From NCBI GenBank assembly GCA_043803105.1, contig JAZDKJ010000002.1:64001-128000 (forward strand): a stretch of 64,000 nucleotides of DNA, in the 5' to 3' direction. Position 1 is the first letter of the stretch. Each line of letters opens with the position of its first letter. The notes below the pieces were generated by a model. It was not told the DNA's origin. It saw only the letters and a program-made list of their open reading frames with translations, and did no database searches. This document shows, piece after piece, positions 36,287-46,865 of the stretch. Source of the stretch: Candidatus Woesearchaeota archaeon. Its GTDB lineage: Archaea; Nanobdellota; Nanobdellia; Woesearchaeales; JAZDKJ01. The translations under genes and the position numbers were made by a program.

Positions 36287-36876
36287 CAAGGAAGAATCCT
36301 GTGAAGCAAAAGCAGGATACGAATGCAGAGCTGCAGGAAACCAAATTGACAGCAGAGCTGCAGGACACCCATGCGAAGACAGAGTTACCGCAGTTAATGG
36401 ATCCAAATCAGGCAATGATAGAGGATCTCACTGAGCATCTGCAGCGCCTTCAGGCAGAATTCGAAAACTTCAGGAAGAGAACTGAAAAGGATCAGGCACG
36501 CTGCAGGGAATATGCAAATGCAGATCTTTTATTGAAATTGTTGCCTGTGATTGATAGCTTCGACGCAGCGTTGAATCATACAGAGAAGCACGAAGATTTT
36601 GTGGCTGGTATGCGCCTCGTTCATTCACAGCTGATGCGCATTTTGGAGCAGGAGGGTTTGAAGCCGATGAGGGCAGGCGGAGAGCACCTGGATCCCTTCC
36701 GTCATGAGGTGCTGCTTCAGGTTCCTTCAGATAAGGATGGCGTTGTGCTCGAGGAGCTGCAAAAAGGATACACTTTCAAGGATAAGGTGCTAAGGTGTGC
36801 AAAGGTTAAGGTGGGAAATCATGTTGAAAAAAAAGACGAGCAAGCAGGCAGTGCTAAAACTGGGAAAGGCGTGTAA
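36283..36876 (+). CDS. grpE: Nucleotide exchange factor GrpE
   Basis: RLQAEFENFRKR, LLPVIDSF, DPFRHE and QKGY....VLR.AKV.V. Confidence 0.95.
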   Translation: MTRKNPVKQKQDTNAELQETKLTAELQDTHAKTELPQLMDPNQAMIEDLTEHLQRLQAEFENFRKRTEKDQARCREYANADLLLKLLPVIDSFDAALNHTEKHEDFVAGMRLVHSQLMRILEQEGLKPMRAGGEHLDPFRHEVLLQVPSDKDGVVLEELQKGYTFKDKVLRCAKVKVGNHVEKKDEQAGSAKTGKGV

Positions 36877-37324
36877 GCGCTGCGGCAATTGTTGCTCTTA
36901 CACCTCTGCCTACTTGCAGAAGGATGACATTAATCGCATCAGCAGGAAGCTCAGGATGACAGAGCAAGCCTTCGCCAATAAGTTTGTCGATAATGCAGAG
37001 GCATTCAACACCATGGTTCAGAAACTAAAGACCAGGAAGGGAAAATACTATGGTTCATGCATCATGTTTGACAGGGATAAGGGATGCCTGATTCACTCTG
37101 TAAAGCCATTTTATTGCAGGATAAGCACCTGTGCTCCAATTGGCAAGGACATCCAAGAGTGGTTTGCTGTAAATTACCTGGTTAATGTTAATGACCCTGA
37201 ATCTATCAGGCAATGGAACTTTCACGTAGAATTTAGCGGTACCATAGAAGGCGCAAAACCAATTGATCTGCTTCCAAGCAAGGAAAAGCTGGACGCAATA
37301 TTGACATACAAGATTTTGAGGTGA
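36821..37324 (+). CDS. YkgJ-family cysteine-cluster protein
   Basis: CKRCGNCC ... C.MF....GCLIHSVKP.YCR. Confidence 0.85.
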   Translation: MLKKKTSKQAVLKLGKACKRCGNCCSYTSAYLQKDDINRISRKLRMTEQAFANKFVDNAEAFNTMVQKLKTRKGKYYGSCIMFDRDKGCLIHSVKPFYCRISTCAPIGKDIQEWFAVNYLVNVNDPESIRQWNFHVEFSGTIEGAKPIDLLPSKEKLDAILTYKILR

Positions 37325-37330
37325 AAAACA

Positions 37331-37756
37331 ATGGCAATCGCAAGACAGGCAACTGACTCTGACCTAGGCCAGCTTTCAGAAGTATACAAGGATGTCTACA
37401 GCAAAGGTCGCTCAATCCATGACCTGCTAAAGCCTGTTTCAACGAGGTTTGTGGTATGCGTTGAAAACAGCAAGGTTGTTGGTGGCGTGGCAGTCGATAG
37501 GATTCAGGAGAGTGATAAGCATGCTGTCTTTTCATTCAGGCATTTTGCCTTGCTCAAGGATTATCGAGAGGCTATGACAACCCTGTTAAGAGAGGCAGAG
37601 CGTCTGGTCGGCAAGGGAAAAATTGAGATTCACGTTTCAGAGCTGGAGACCCCAGATTTGGAGTTTTACATGAAGAACGGATATGGAATCGAGGGCGAAT
37701 TGGAAAACCATTACAGTATGGGCGAGAAGTGCTTTGTACTGGGAAAGACGGTGTAA
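37331..37756 (+). CDS. GNAT-family acetyltransferase
   Basis: N-terminal RQAT.SDL, FY.KNGY...G...NHY; GAGGTGA ribosome-binding site. Confidence 0.75.
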   Translation: MAIARQATDSDLGQLSEVYKDVYSKGRSIHDLLKPVSTRFVVCVENSKVVGGVAVDRIQESDKHAVFSFRHFALLKDYREAMTTLLREAERLVGKGKIEIHVSELETPDLEFYMKNGYGIEGELENHYSMGEKCFVLGKTV

Positions 37757-37758
37757 CC

Positions 37759-38052
37759 ATGCAGGCGCAGAAATTTTTCCTCAAACCGGAACTGATTTAC
37801 AGGTTTTTGACCTTGCATGACGACAAGCTCGAAACCACGATAATGTGTAGCGGCCTTGACCTTATTACCACAGACCAGGCAATTTACGAGGCACTGGCAA
37901 GCGTAGAGGACCGCTCTGCAATAGACATGAACAAGCTTGTGAAGCTGCTGGAGGTGACCCAGATTGTCTCTCACCTAAATTCCACTCAAAAAGAGCGGGC
38001 TGTCTTGAGCCACGGCAAGGCTGAGGAGATTCGCGCTCTTGCATTGAAATAA
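37759..38052 (+). CDS. Hypothetical protein in dnaK operon (possibly degenerate PIN-like)
   Basis: Tightly packed between GNAT and dnaK; [12 protein letters not shown] resembles the PIN strand-helix segment. Confidence 0.65.
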   Translation: MQAQKFFLKPELIYRFLTLHDDKLETTIMCSGLDLITTDQAIYEALASVEDRSAIDMNKLVKLLEVTQIVSHLNSTQKERAVLSHGKAEEIRALALK

Positions 38053-38065
38053 TGGAGGATTAAAA

Positions 38066-39958
38066 ATGGCAAAGAAAGAAAAAATCATCGGTATCGATCT
38101 CGGAACAAGCAATTCTGCTGCAGCAGTTCTGCAGGCTGGTAAGCCTGTTATCATCCCGAGCAGCGAAGGAACAACCGCCTATGGCAAGGCCTTCCCTTCT
38201 GTCGTTGCGTTTGCAAAGGAAGGCCAGCTCTTGGTTGGCGAGCCTGCAAGGCGACAGGCAGTATCCAACCCCCAGGGCACTATCACTGCAGCAAAGCGCA
38301 AGATGGGCACGAATTTCAAGTACAAGGTGCATGGGAATGAGTACACCCCACAACAGATCTCCGCGTTTATCCTGCAGAAGATAAAGAAAGACTCTGAGGA
38401 ATTTATCGGAGAGCCTGTCAGCAAGGCTGTCATCACCTGTCCTGCCTACTTTAATGATGACCAAAGGCAGGCAACAAAAGATGCTGGCACTATAGCAGGC
38501 CTGGAGGTAGTGAGGCTCGTTAATGAGCCTACTGCAGCCTGTCTTGCCTACGGCCTTGACAAGGCTGATCAGGAGATGAAAATCCTTGTCTTTGACCTCG
38601 GCGGTGGCACTCTTGACGTTACAGTCATGGACTTTGGTGAGGGCGTGTTTGAGGTAAAATCAACTTCTGGAGACACTCAGCTTGGCGGCACAGACATGGA
38701 CGATTCATTGATGAATTTTATTGTTAAGGATTTCAAGGAAAAAGAAGGAATTGACTTAAGTGATGACGATACGGCAATGCAGAGATTAAGAGAAGCTTCA
38801 GAGAAGGCAAAGATTGAGCTTTCCACCACTATGGAGACTGATATTAATCTGCCGTTCATAAGCGCAACAAGCAAGGGCCCGAAGCACTTGACCATGAAGA
38901 TCACAAGATCAAGGCTTGAGCAGATTGTTGGTTCTATTGTGCAGAAATGCAAGGCCCCTCTTGAGCGTGCACTAAAGGACGCAAAGATTGAGGTCAAGGA
39001 CATTAACAAGATAATTCTTGTCGGTGGCCCCACCAGGATGCCCATTGTGAGAAAGTTTGTTGAGGATTATATCGGAAAGAAGGCAGAAGGCGGTGTTGAC
39101 CCGATGGAGTGCGTTGCGCAAGGCGCTGCAATCCAGGCAGGGGTTTTGGCCGGTGAGGTCAAGGACATTCTGTTGCTTGATGTAACGCCATTGACCTTGG
39201 GAATAGAAACCCTTGGGGGAGTGAGGACCCCTCTGATTGAGAGGAACACTACTATTCCTACCAAGAAGAGCCAGATTTTCAGCACAGCTGCAGACAACCA
39301 GACTGCGGTTACCATAAGTGTGCTGCAGGGCGAGCGTCCTATGGCTCAGGACAATAAGAGCCTTGGCAAGTTTGATCTTATTGGTCTTCCTCCGGCGCCT
39401 CGAGGAGTGCCTCAGATTGAGGTTGCCTTTGACATTGATGCGAACGGCATCATCCACGTGTCTGCAAAGGATATTGCCACAGGAAAAGAGCAGAGCATCC
39501 GGATAACAGCCTCCCAGAAATTGAGCGATGAAGAGGTCAAGCGCATGCAAAAGCAGGCTGAGGAATTTGCAGACCTTGATAAGCAGAAAAAGGAAGAGGT
39601 TGAGACTGTCAACGAGGCTGACAATCTTGTCTACTCTACTGAGAAACTGTTCAAGGAGTTCAAGGGTAAGGTTGATGATGCAAAGATAGAAGAGGCTAAA
39701 AAGCCGCTCGAAGAGCTCAGGACGTTGCTTGCTGAACAGAAGAAGGATCTGGCTGCAATAAAGGCAAAGGTTCAGGAATTGAACGAAAAAGTCCAGGCAA
39801 TCTCAACAGAGATGTACCAGAAGGCATCGAAAGCCAAGGGACCAGAACCTGATATTGCTGGTTATGACAGGGAAGAGCCTAAGGGTTCAAAAAAACGCAA
39901 GTCTGCCGAGAAGGTTGTTGATGCTGAGGTTGTTGACGAGGACGAATCAGGTAAATGA
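38066..39958 (+). CDS. dnaK: Molecular chaperone DnaK
   Basis: [35 protein letters not shown] and GVPQIEV. Confidence 0.98.
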   Translation: MAKKEKIIGIDLGTSNSAAAVLQAGKPVIIPSSEGTTAYGKAFPSVVAFAKEGQLLVGEPARRQAVSNPQGTITAAKRKMGTNFKYKVHGNEYTPQQISAFILQKIKKDSEEFIGEPVSKAVITCPAYFNDDQRQATKDAGTIAGLEVVRLVNEPTAACLAYGLDKADQEMKILVFDLGGGTLDVTVMDFGEGVFEVKSTSGDTQLGGTDMDDSLMNFIVKDFKEKEGIDLSDDDTAMQRLREASEKAKIELSTTMETDINLPFISATSKGPKHLTMKITRSRLEQIVGSIVQKCKAPLERALKDAKIEVKDINKIILVGGPTRMPIVRKFVEDYIGKKAEGGVDPMECVAQGAAIQAGVLAGEVKDILLLDVTPLTLGIETLGGVRTPLIERNTTIPTKKSQIFSTAADNQTAVTISVLQGERPMAQDNKSLGKFDLIGLPPAPRGVPQIEVAFDIDANGIIHVSAKDIATGKEQSIRITASQKLSDEEVKRMQKQAEEFADLDKQKKEEVETVNEADNLVYSTEKLFKEFKGKVDDAKIEEAKKPLEELRTLLAEQKKDLAAIKAKVQELNEKVQAISTEMYQKASKAKGPEPDIAGYDREEPKGSKKRKSAEKVVDAEVVDEDESGK

Positions 39959-40644
39959 GCATCCTTGCCCTCTTTGATATGGACGGCACTCTTGTAACAG
40001 GCCAGAGGACTGCCCACTGGAGAGCGTTTGCGCAGGCATGGAAAAGTGTCTACAAAATTGATCATTTGAATTTTGACTTGAATGATATGAAGGTATGGCA
40101 CAGGCATGAGGGCAAGACCGACTCAGGTGTGCTTTTTGATGTAGCAAAAGATAATGGGATAAGGAATCCTTTAAGCAAACTTGAGGATGCCATCTTGGCG
40201 ATGGATTATTCCTACGCGAAAAGAAAGGTTGTAACGAGAGCTTTACCCGGCGTCCCGAAGCTTGTCAAGGCACTGGCAAAGAATGATATTTGCCTCGGCC
40301 TTGTCACAGGCAATCTTGAGCCCATTGCAAGAAAAAAATTGAAGTTGATTGGTTTGAACAGCAGTTTTCCTGTTGGGGGTTTTGGCAATGATTCGAGGAA
40401 ACGCTCTGACCTTGTTAGAATTGCCATAAGGCGGGCTGCTAAGTTGTATGGAAAGCACTTCTCTGAGGTCTTCCTGTTTGGTGATACTCCTCGCGACATT
40501 GAAGCGGCAAAGGAGAGCAATGTCAAATGCATTGCAGTTGCCACAGGTCCTTTCAGTTTGGAAAGCTTAAAGAACTGCGCGCCTTTTGCCGTTCTTCCTG
40601 ACTTAACTGATATCAAGAAGGTTTTGAGTCTCTTGAATGGTTGA
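39955..40644 (+). CDS. HAD-superfamily hydrolase
   Basis: [13 protein letters not shown] and GDTPRD. Confidence 0.9.
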   Translation: MSILALFDMDGTLVTGQRTAHWRAFAQAWKSVYKIDHLNFDLNDMKVWHRHEGKTDSGVLFDVAKDNGIRNPLSKLEDAILAMDYSYAKRKVVTRALPGVPKLVKALAKNDICLGLVTGNLEPIARKKLKLIGLNSSFPVGGFGNDSRKRSDLVRIAIRRAAKLYGKHFSEVFLFGDTPRDIEAAKESNVKCIAVATGPFSLESLKNCAPFAVLPDLTDIKKVLSLLNG

Positions 40645-40645
40645 A

Positions 40646-41734
40646 ATGGCACAAGCGAAAGATTACTACAGGACCCTTGGCGTTGACAAGAACTCTACTA
40701 AGGAGGAAGTTAAGAAAGCTTACAAGAACCTGGCCAAGAAATACCATCCTGACATCAATAAGTCTGATCCTAACACTGGTGAGAAGTTCAAGGAAATAAA
40801 TGAAGCGGCTGCAGTTCTTGGCGATGACCAGAAGCGCGCGCATTATGACCAGTTTGGCACAGCAGACCCTGCTCCAGGCTCTGATTTCTCCGGATTTGAT
40901 TTTACAGATTTCATGCACGAACAATCCTTTGATTTTGGTGATATCTTTGACCGCTTCTTTAACCGCGGTTTTGAAGATGAGGATGTTCGTGCTGCAGGCC
41001 AGAACCTCAGGATGGACCTTGAGCTGACATTAGAGGAGGCTGCAACTGGAATAACCAAAAATGTTGTGCTCCAGAGGATGCAAACTTGTGACCATTGCAA
41101 AGGCCTTGGTGCTGAACCAGGTTCTGAAGTCAAGACATGCCCTGTCTGTCATGGCTCTGGTGTTGAACGGCAGACTCGAAGGACTCCGTTCGGGATTTTT
41201 TCCACAACCCAGACCTGCAGGCAATGCAGGGGCTCTGGAGAAGTGATTGCAAAACCATGCCACCTTTGCCAAGGAACCGGCAAGATCAAGAAGCAGAGCA
41301 GGCTTGATATCAATATTCCCGCAGGAGTCGAGCAAGGCACCAGGCTTCGAATAAGGGGCGAGGGAGAGGCCGGTGGCCATGGTTCTGGAACAGGAGATTT
41401 ATTTGTGATAATACATCTCAAGCCGCACAAGGTATTTGAGCGGCGTGGCAATGACCTTTATCTTGAGGTTCCAATATCCTTTGCCCAGGCTGCACTCGGT
41501 GCAGATCTTGAGGTTCCCACGCTTAAGGGTAAGGCCACTTTGAAGATTCCTCCAGGCACTCAGAGCAGTACTGTCTTCAGGCTGAGAGGCAAGGGCATCC
41601 CGAGCCTTCATGGCTTTGGCACAGGAAGCGAGAACGTGCGCGTTGTTGTGCAGGTGCCTGAAAAGCTGACCAAGCGCCAGAAAGAGCTGCTCAAAGAGTT
41701 TGATTCTGAAACCGGCAAGCGCAGTCTTTTCTAG
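40646..41734 (+). CDS. dnaJ: Chaperone DnaJ
   Basis: J-domain HPD, G/F region, four CxxCxGxG repeats and C-terminal domain. Confidence 0.97.
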   Translation: MAQAKDYYRTLGVDKNSTKEEVKKAYKNLAKKYHPDINKSDPNTGEKFKEINEAAAVLGDDQKRAHYDQFGTADPAPGSDFSGFDFTDFMHEQSFDFGDIFDRFFNRGFEDEDVRAAGQNLRMDLELTLEEAATGITKNVVLQRMQTCDHCKGLGAEPGSEVKTCPVCHGSGVERQTRRTPFGIFSTTQTCRQCRGSGEVIAKPCHLCQGTGKIKKQSRLDINIPAGVEQGTRLRIRGEGEAGGHGSGTGDLFVIIHLKPHKVFERRGNDLYLEVPISFAQAALGADLEVPTLKGKATLKIPPGTQSSTVFRLRGKGIPSLHGFGTGSENVRVVVQVPEKLTKRQKELLKEFDSETGKRSLF

Positions 41735-41812
41735 GTTACATCGAAAGTTTTATAAATTATAGCACCAAAGGATTCTAAAAATTCATCATTTAGTTAAAAA
41801 GAGGTGTAAAAA

Positions 41813-42469
41813 ATGTTCTGGCGTAAAGGTGATCTTTCTCTTTCGATTAATGCGATTGTTGTACTTATTCTTGCAATAACAATTTTAGGCTTAGGGCTTG
41901 GCTTCATTAGAAGTCAGTTTAAGACCATGACTGGTGAGTTTGACAGGGTCTCTGGTGATATCAAACAGTCTATCATTGATGATATCCAGTCGTCTGGTGA
42001 GTTGCTTGCATTCAAGACAGTCTCGCTTGAAGTCCAGAAGGGAGTGCAGGGCGAGTTCTACTTTGGCATAATGAATCCTAATACAGAGGATAGGTGTTAT
42101 CAGGTTGCTTTCAAGTGTATTAAGGCGCTTTCAGGGGTTGGGTGCAACGCAACTGGCGGAGGCCTTATAGTGGTTGGAGGTTCGGTTCCACCCGTTTATA
42201 ATCCAGAACCCAGGGACGCAACTAAGTTTACCTCCACCTCAAAAAGCAAATGGTTCACCACTTTCACAAATGTGACAATTCCAGGGGGATCGACCGGTGT
42301 CTACCTTGCGCAATACCAGATCTCTGGCGTTTCTGACACGTATTTAATGGAAGTCGATGCATTCCAGAGCGCTCTAAGCCAAACAAAATGCAGCGGCGCT
42401 CCAGCTACTGTCTGGTCAGAATCAACTCAATGGTGGCAATCAAAGCAGTTCTATGTGAAGGTGAAGTAA
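41813..42469 (+). CDS. Type IV pilin-like protein (class III signal peptide)
   Basis: MFWRKG followed by DLSLSINAIVVLILAITILGLG; GAGGTG RBS and GAAAGTTTTATAAA promoter. Confidence 0.7.
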   Translation: MFWRKGDLSLSINAIVVLILAITILGLGLGFIRSQFKTMTGEFDRVSGDIKQSIIDDIQSSGELLAFKTVSLEVQKGVQGEFYFGIMNPNTEDRCYQVAFKCIKALSGVGCNATGGGLIVVGGSVPPVYNPEPRDATKFTSTSKSKWFTTFTNVTIPGGSTGVYLAQYQISGVSDTYLMEVDAFQSALSQTKCSGAPATVWSESTQWWQSKQFYVKVK

Positions 42470-42470
42470 G

Positions 42471-42683
42471 ATGAAAAAAAGACTTACAGTTAATCAGGAA
42501 TTTGAGATAATGAAGCTGGTGCTTGACAAGTTCCTTTGGCTGGGTGTTGGCATCATGGCCTTTGGGCTTTACCAGATTTTCACCAACACTGTCGAAGCAG
42601 GGATTTATTATATTATCAGCGGTGCCATAGTGCTTATCCTGTTTATGATCATGATCATAAAGGAATTTGAGTACATAAGGTAA
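42471..42683 (+). CDS. Small two-TM membrane protein
   Basis: 70 aa with two hydrophobic helices, 1 nt after the upstream stop. Confidence 0.8.
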   Translation: MKKRLTVNQEFEIMKLVLDKFLWLGVGIMAFGLYQIFTNTVEAGIYYIISGAIVLILFMIMIIKEFEYIR

Positions 42684-42694
42684 GGGCTCTTGCA

Positions 42695-43321
42695 GTGACG
42701 TTAGGAAAAAAGGGTATCGAGCTTTCCATTAACATGATTGTTATTCTTATTATGTGCATTTCCATGTTTGTGGGCGGCCTTTACTTCACAAACAAGTTCA
42801 TGCGATTAGCGTCAGATACAAAGGCAGATCTTGACGCCGAAACTCAGGAAAAGCTAGAAGAGCTATTGGCAGACGGCTCGCAGGTCGCAATATCATTTGA
42901 CCACCAGATTGTTAAGCGAGGCCATGACACTCTCTTCGGCCTTGGAATACAGAACACTGACAGGATTGCAAAGACATTCTATGTGAACGTGAGTTTTAGC
43001 GAAGCCTTTGCCTCAGATGGTTCAGCTATTGCTGCAGCAGCTGATTACATGAACAGCCATTGGATTTTCTCCAGTTTTCCTGGAAGGCAGATTGACCCTA
43101 ACGCCCATCTTACTTTTTCAATAAAGGTAGCTGTCCAGGGACAAGTTAGTGGCTCCCTTGGCACTCTGGCAGGTACCTATATTTTTGATGTCTGTGTTTG
43201 CGGTGTTGCTACAGGCTCTTTTGCTGACAACTGCGCACTAAAATGCCCGCCTGACCCACCAAGTGATAGAAGCAAGCTCTACGACGGTTATGTCCATAAG
43301 ATTTATGTTGAAGTTCCGTAA
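42695..43321 (+). CDS. Type IV pilin-like protein (class III signal peptide)
   Basis: KKG followed by IELSINMIVILIMCISMF; Cys-containing beta domain ending in a hydrophobic strand (KIYVEVP). Confidence 0.7.
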   Translation: MTLGKKGIELSINMIVILIMCISMFVGGLYFTNKFMRLASDTKADLDAETQEKLEELLADGSQVAISFDHQIVKRGHDTLFGLGIQNTDRIAKTFYVNVSFSEAFASDGSAIAAAADYMNSHWIFSSFPGRQIDPNAHLTFSIKVAVQGQVSGSLGTLAGTYIFDVCVCGVATGSFADNCALKCPPDPPSDRSKLYDGYVHKIYVEVP

Positions 43322-44037
43322 TTGGCTATAGCTGCAAAAGATTCTGGCTTTAAGCTCCCTCCACCCACAAGCACTCCCTTGATGTTTTTCTGCTGCATTA
43401 GCGCCTTTACGTTTTCTGGCGTCACAGACCCACCGTAGATCACCCGTATCTTGTTTGAATAATACTTTTTTTCAAGCAAGCCCGCAATCATCTCATGCAC
43501 CTTTTCTGCTTGTTCAGGGGTGGCAATTTCTCCCTTGCTAAAGGTGCTTATTGCCCATATCGGCTCATAGGCAATCACAATATCTGTCTCCTTTACTCCT
43601 TTTAATGCTGCCTCAAGCTGTCTCTTCACAACCTCTTGCGTCTTGCCTTTTTTTCTTTCTTCAAGGTTCTCTCCGATGCAGATAATTGGAGTGAGTTTAT
43701 GTTCTATTGCCAGCTTTACCTTTTTGTTTACCTGCTCATCATTTTCATTATAGTATATTCTTCTCTCAGAATGCCCTATGATAACATAATCGCAGAACTC
43801 CTTTACCATTGCAGCAGAGACCTCACCTGTGAAAGCGCCCTTTTCTTCGCTTGCTATGTTTTGCGCCCCGAGCTTTATCCCTTTGGCCCATCTTTGCGCC
43901 TCATTTAGCAAAGTGAAGGACGGGCATATCACCACGTCTGCTTTTGTGTTTTTTCTGAGTTTGTTAAACTCCTTGAAGAAGCCTTGCACCTCTGCAAGAT
44001 CCTTGTTCATCTTCCAGTTTGCGACTACCAGTGCCAT
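43303..44037 (-). CDS. tpiA: Triosephosphate isomerase (bacterial-type)
   Basis: ANWKMN, GAFTGEVS, GHSERR, AYEPIWAI, YGGSV and LVGGGSL. Confidence 0.96.
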   Translation of the reverse strand: MALVVANWKMNKDLAEVQGFFKEFNKLRKNTKADVVICPSFTLLNEAQRWAKGIKLGAQNIASEEKGAFTGEVSAAMVKEFCDYVIIGHSERRIYYNENDEQVNKKVKLAIEHKLTPIICIGENLEERKKGKTQEVVKRQLEAALKGVKETDIVIAYEPIWAISTFSKGEIATPEQAEKVHEMIAGLLEKKYYSNKIRVIYGGSVTPENVKALMQQKNIKGVLVGGGSLKPESFAAIANYGTST

Positions 44038-44084
44038 GCTGCTTTTTAGGATGATGCCTGTTATTTATTATTTTCGAAAAAGAA

Positions 44085-44234
44085 CTACTTTATGGCTGTT
44101 CCGCACGCATTGCAAACGTGAGTGTTCTTCTTAGGGTCAAAACTAGTGTTGACTCCATACTCAAGAGCTTCGTTGCATTTTGGGCAGCGTGGCTCGAGGT
44201 ATTCTACTGCTTCAAAGAAGTTGATTGCCCCCAT
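44085..44234 (-). CDS. Small Zn-ribbon protein (49 aa), not in ORF track
   Basis: Manual translation MGAINFFEAVEYLEPRCPKCNEALEYGVNTSFDPKKNTHVCNACGTAIK. Confidence 0.75.
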   Translation of the reverse strand: MGAINFFEAVEYLEPRCPKCNEALEYGVNTSFDPKKNTHVCNACGTAIK

Positions 44235-44290
44235 TATAGCCAATACTATATATGTTTTGTAGGTATTTAAGGTTTTCTGTGCATCACAAT

Positions 44291-46729
44291 CTAAAAGAAT
44301 CCTTTCAGGTTCTGCTGCTCCTTGCTTTCAAGCAGCTCCTTTGAGTCTATGCCGAGTACTGCAAATATCCTTTCCACTGAGGGTATTATCTGGTTCTGTA
44401 TGTAGTAGCTTGCGTCATACTCCTGTTGTGTTGCCTCTTCTTCGAGCCTCACCCGATCGCCAAGCTTTCCTGTACCCTTCACCACAACAAACCTTATTAT
44501 TGAGCCAGGCCCTACTGCATTGCCTTGGTTCTTGAGCCTCATCGCAGCCCGCACATGTGGGCCTACAGAGTCATATTCCTCTATGTATTTTTGTAGCTGG
44601 GTGTGGATCACCACTTTGTCCAGAGGCACCTTGTTCGTTTTCAGCTCTTCAATCACTTTTTTCACATAAATTAATGCGTTGTGAGGCTCTCCTGTTTTTA
44701 GCACAGTCTCTATTACCTCTCTTTGCACTTCCTTGGCTATGAGGCTCCAGTTCCTCCTCACAGTCTCAAAGCCCTTTATCCTTACGCTCCCGTTTTCAGA
44801 GAGCAGTGCATATTTTTTCTTTGCTCCGCTTGGCCCTGTCTTTAGCGATACAAAAAGACCTGCTGGATAGAAGCCCTCGTATTCAAGTTCCATCACTCCC
44901 GGGAGTCCTGAGTTCAAGCTTTCTGCAAACCTATTGGCATCCTGTACTGTCCTCTTGCCTAGGAGCAGGAACACGCTGTCTGTGTCAGAATACAGTACTT
45001 CAAATCCCTCAGCCCTTGCCTTGGTTATGACCATTTGGATATAGTATCTGCCAAATGAGGTTACAGCTTGGGCGCACTGGAGATTGTACCATCTTGCAGC
45101 ATAAAAGCCAAGATAGCCATAAAACGAGTTTGCCAGGAGCTTCAAAGTCTGCTCCCTTGCCTTTAAGAGTATATGGTCTGATTTGTCTTTCATCATCTCT
45201 TTGATGCGCATCCTCCTGGTGATTAGGTCTTCTATCAGCGTGGGAATGAATCCCTTTCGCTTTGTGCAGAACCAGTGTGTTGGGTCGTCTGGCACAGTGT
45301 TTGTTCCTTCACAGCACCCGCAATTTAATGTTTCAGGTGATATGTTATGGGTGGAGATTATGCTCGGATACAGGCTCCTGAAGTCAAAGAGCACCACGTC
45401 CTTGTACAGCCCTGGTTTTGGCTCAAATACAAACGCACCTTGATATGTGTGTGCCCTCCTTTCTCTCACCTGATTGTGGTCAGGCTTGTTTGGTGCAAGC
45501 TCGCCAAACTGCTGTGACTGGCGTAGTACATACCATTCAACTAGCTGCGAGAAAGCCATTTTGCTTACGTCAAATATTGGCAGCCCGACAATCTTTACCA
45601 TCTCAAATATGTTTGGAAGCAGCTTTTCGCATAGCCTGTACGTTAACAGTGCATCATGCATGTTGTAGTTGCAGAACTCGTCCAGCTGCCTTGTGTTGCT
45701 GTCCCATGCTGCAGCCAAGAGGTCAAGGTTTACCTCTGGTTTTCCCTCTCCAAGAAGCTCTTCCGCTACTGCATCGAGTGTGTATCTGTCTATTTCCATG
45801 CCCCTTCCGACCACCTTTCGCACAAAGTTTAAGAGGTCCAGGTGCACGATCCCTACCAATGGGCTTGAGATTGTCTTCCTTCTTCTCACCTGAAGTTCTG
45901 AATGGTCCAGGTTGATGTCCAGTTTTATCTTGTACTTTTTTGCCCTAACCTCTAAATAAGGCATGTCAAATCCTTCTGAATAATATCCTACGAGAATATC
46001 AGGCTTGAAGCTGTCCAGCACCTCCTTGAACTTTTCTATGAGGCCAGCCTCAGAATTCACGAATTCCACAAACTGCAATTTTGTGCTGTATTGCTTCCAT
46101 GTGTACACCTTCTGGAAGTTTGCACCGCAAAACGATAGCATTATGATTGGGTTCTTTTCGCTGTCAATATTCTTTCCCTGTGGATTGTATGTCTCAATGT
46201 CAAACGCCAGGATTTTGGGCTTTGTTATTGTGTCGTCGCTGAACTGGTTGATTGATAATGCATTGAATACTGGCACCTTTGCCCTTATCATTGCAGGCTC
46301 AACCTCAGCCTGGACCAAGGTTAGTGGTGTTATCTGCTTGTCTATGAGATAGCGCCTGACGAATTGTATGTCATATTCGTACATTCCAAGAACTTCCTGG
46401 TTTGTGGCAAGCAATTCCCTTATCGCTGGCACAGCCCTTGGCACGTTTACAATTGTTTTGATTGCCCTCACAGTCTGCCCAAGCAATTTCTTTTGTACTA
46501 CGCTTGTTTGCTTAACAAAATATTTTACGCCTTCTTCCTCTACCTCGAGCTTGTCAAGCTTCATTTGAGCTTCGCTCTTTGGCACTACATAGAAATAAGG
46601 GTCAAAATGCTCGTCTATCACGCATACCTGTTGGCCTTCTGCTGTTGTTCCGTAAAGATGGATGACTGGCTTTCCGTCTATTTCCTTGTATTGTATATCC
46701 ATCGGGAAGAACTGTATTTTGGCTGCCAT
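44291..46729 (-). CDS. polB: Family B DNA polymerase
   Basis: Exo FDIETY, FD and YNMHD; polymerase DFRSLYPSII, KLLANSFYGY, YSDTDS and KKKYA; C-terminal PIP box QQNLKGFF. Confidence 0.97.
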   Translation of the reverse strand: MAAKIQFFPMDIQYKEIDGKPVIHLYGTTAEGQQVCVIDEHFDPYFYVVPKSEAQMKLDKLEVEEEGVKYFVKQTSVVQKKLLGQTVRAIKTIVNVPRAVPAIRELLATNQEVLGMYEYDIQFVRRYLIDKQITPLTLVQAEVEPAMIRAKVPVFNALSINQFSDDTITKPKILAFDIETYNPQGKNIDSEKNPIIMLSFCGANFQKVYTWKQYSTKLQFVEFVNSEAGLIEKFKEVLDSFKPDILVGYYSEGFDMPYLEVRAKKYKIKLDINLDHSELQVRRRKTISSPLVGIVHLDLLNFVRKVVGRGMEIDRYTLDAVAEELLGEGKPEVNLDLLAAAWDSNTRQLDEFCNYNMHDALLTYRLCEKLLPNIFEMVKIVGLPIFDVSKMAFSQLVEWYVLRQSQQFGELAPNKPDHNQVRERRAHTYQGAFVFEPKPGLYKDVVLFDFRSLYPSIISTHNISPETLNCGCCEGTNTVPDDPTHWFCTKRKGFIPTLIEDLITRRMRIKEMMKDKSDHILLKAREQTLKLLANSFYGYLGFYAARWYNLQCAQAVTSFGRYYIQMVITKARAEGFEVLYSDTDSVFLLLGKRTVQDANRFAESLNSGLPGVMELEYEGFYPAGLFVSLKTGPSGAKKKYALLSENGSVRIKGFETVRRNWSLIAKEVQREVIETVLKTGEPHNALIYVKKVIEELKTNKVPLDKVVIHTQLQKYIEEYDSVGPHVRAAMRLKNQGNAVGPGSIIRFVVVKGTGKLGDRVRLEEEATQQEYDASYYIQNQIIPSVERIFAVLGIDSKELLESKEQQNLKGFF

Positions 46730-46865
46730 ATATGGATTATTGAGAAAAACATATATAAACATTGCGTAGTGCTTGTGTGTTTTCCGCTCCTCAGCCCTTT
46801 CCCAAAACCAGCTATTGATTTGTGACAGTTAACTTTATAAACCAACTACTTTTTTCATCTCAATC

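Noticed and set aside
36313-36395. Short AELQ repeats at the GrpE N-terminus
   Set aside because: Low-complexity duplication in a normally variable, disordered region
45960-46000. Possibly inactive PolB proofreading (ExoII reads YYSEGFD instead of YNxxxFD)
   Set aside because: All acidic metal ligands are retained, and the length leaves no room for an intein
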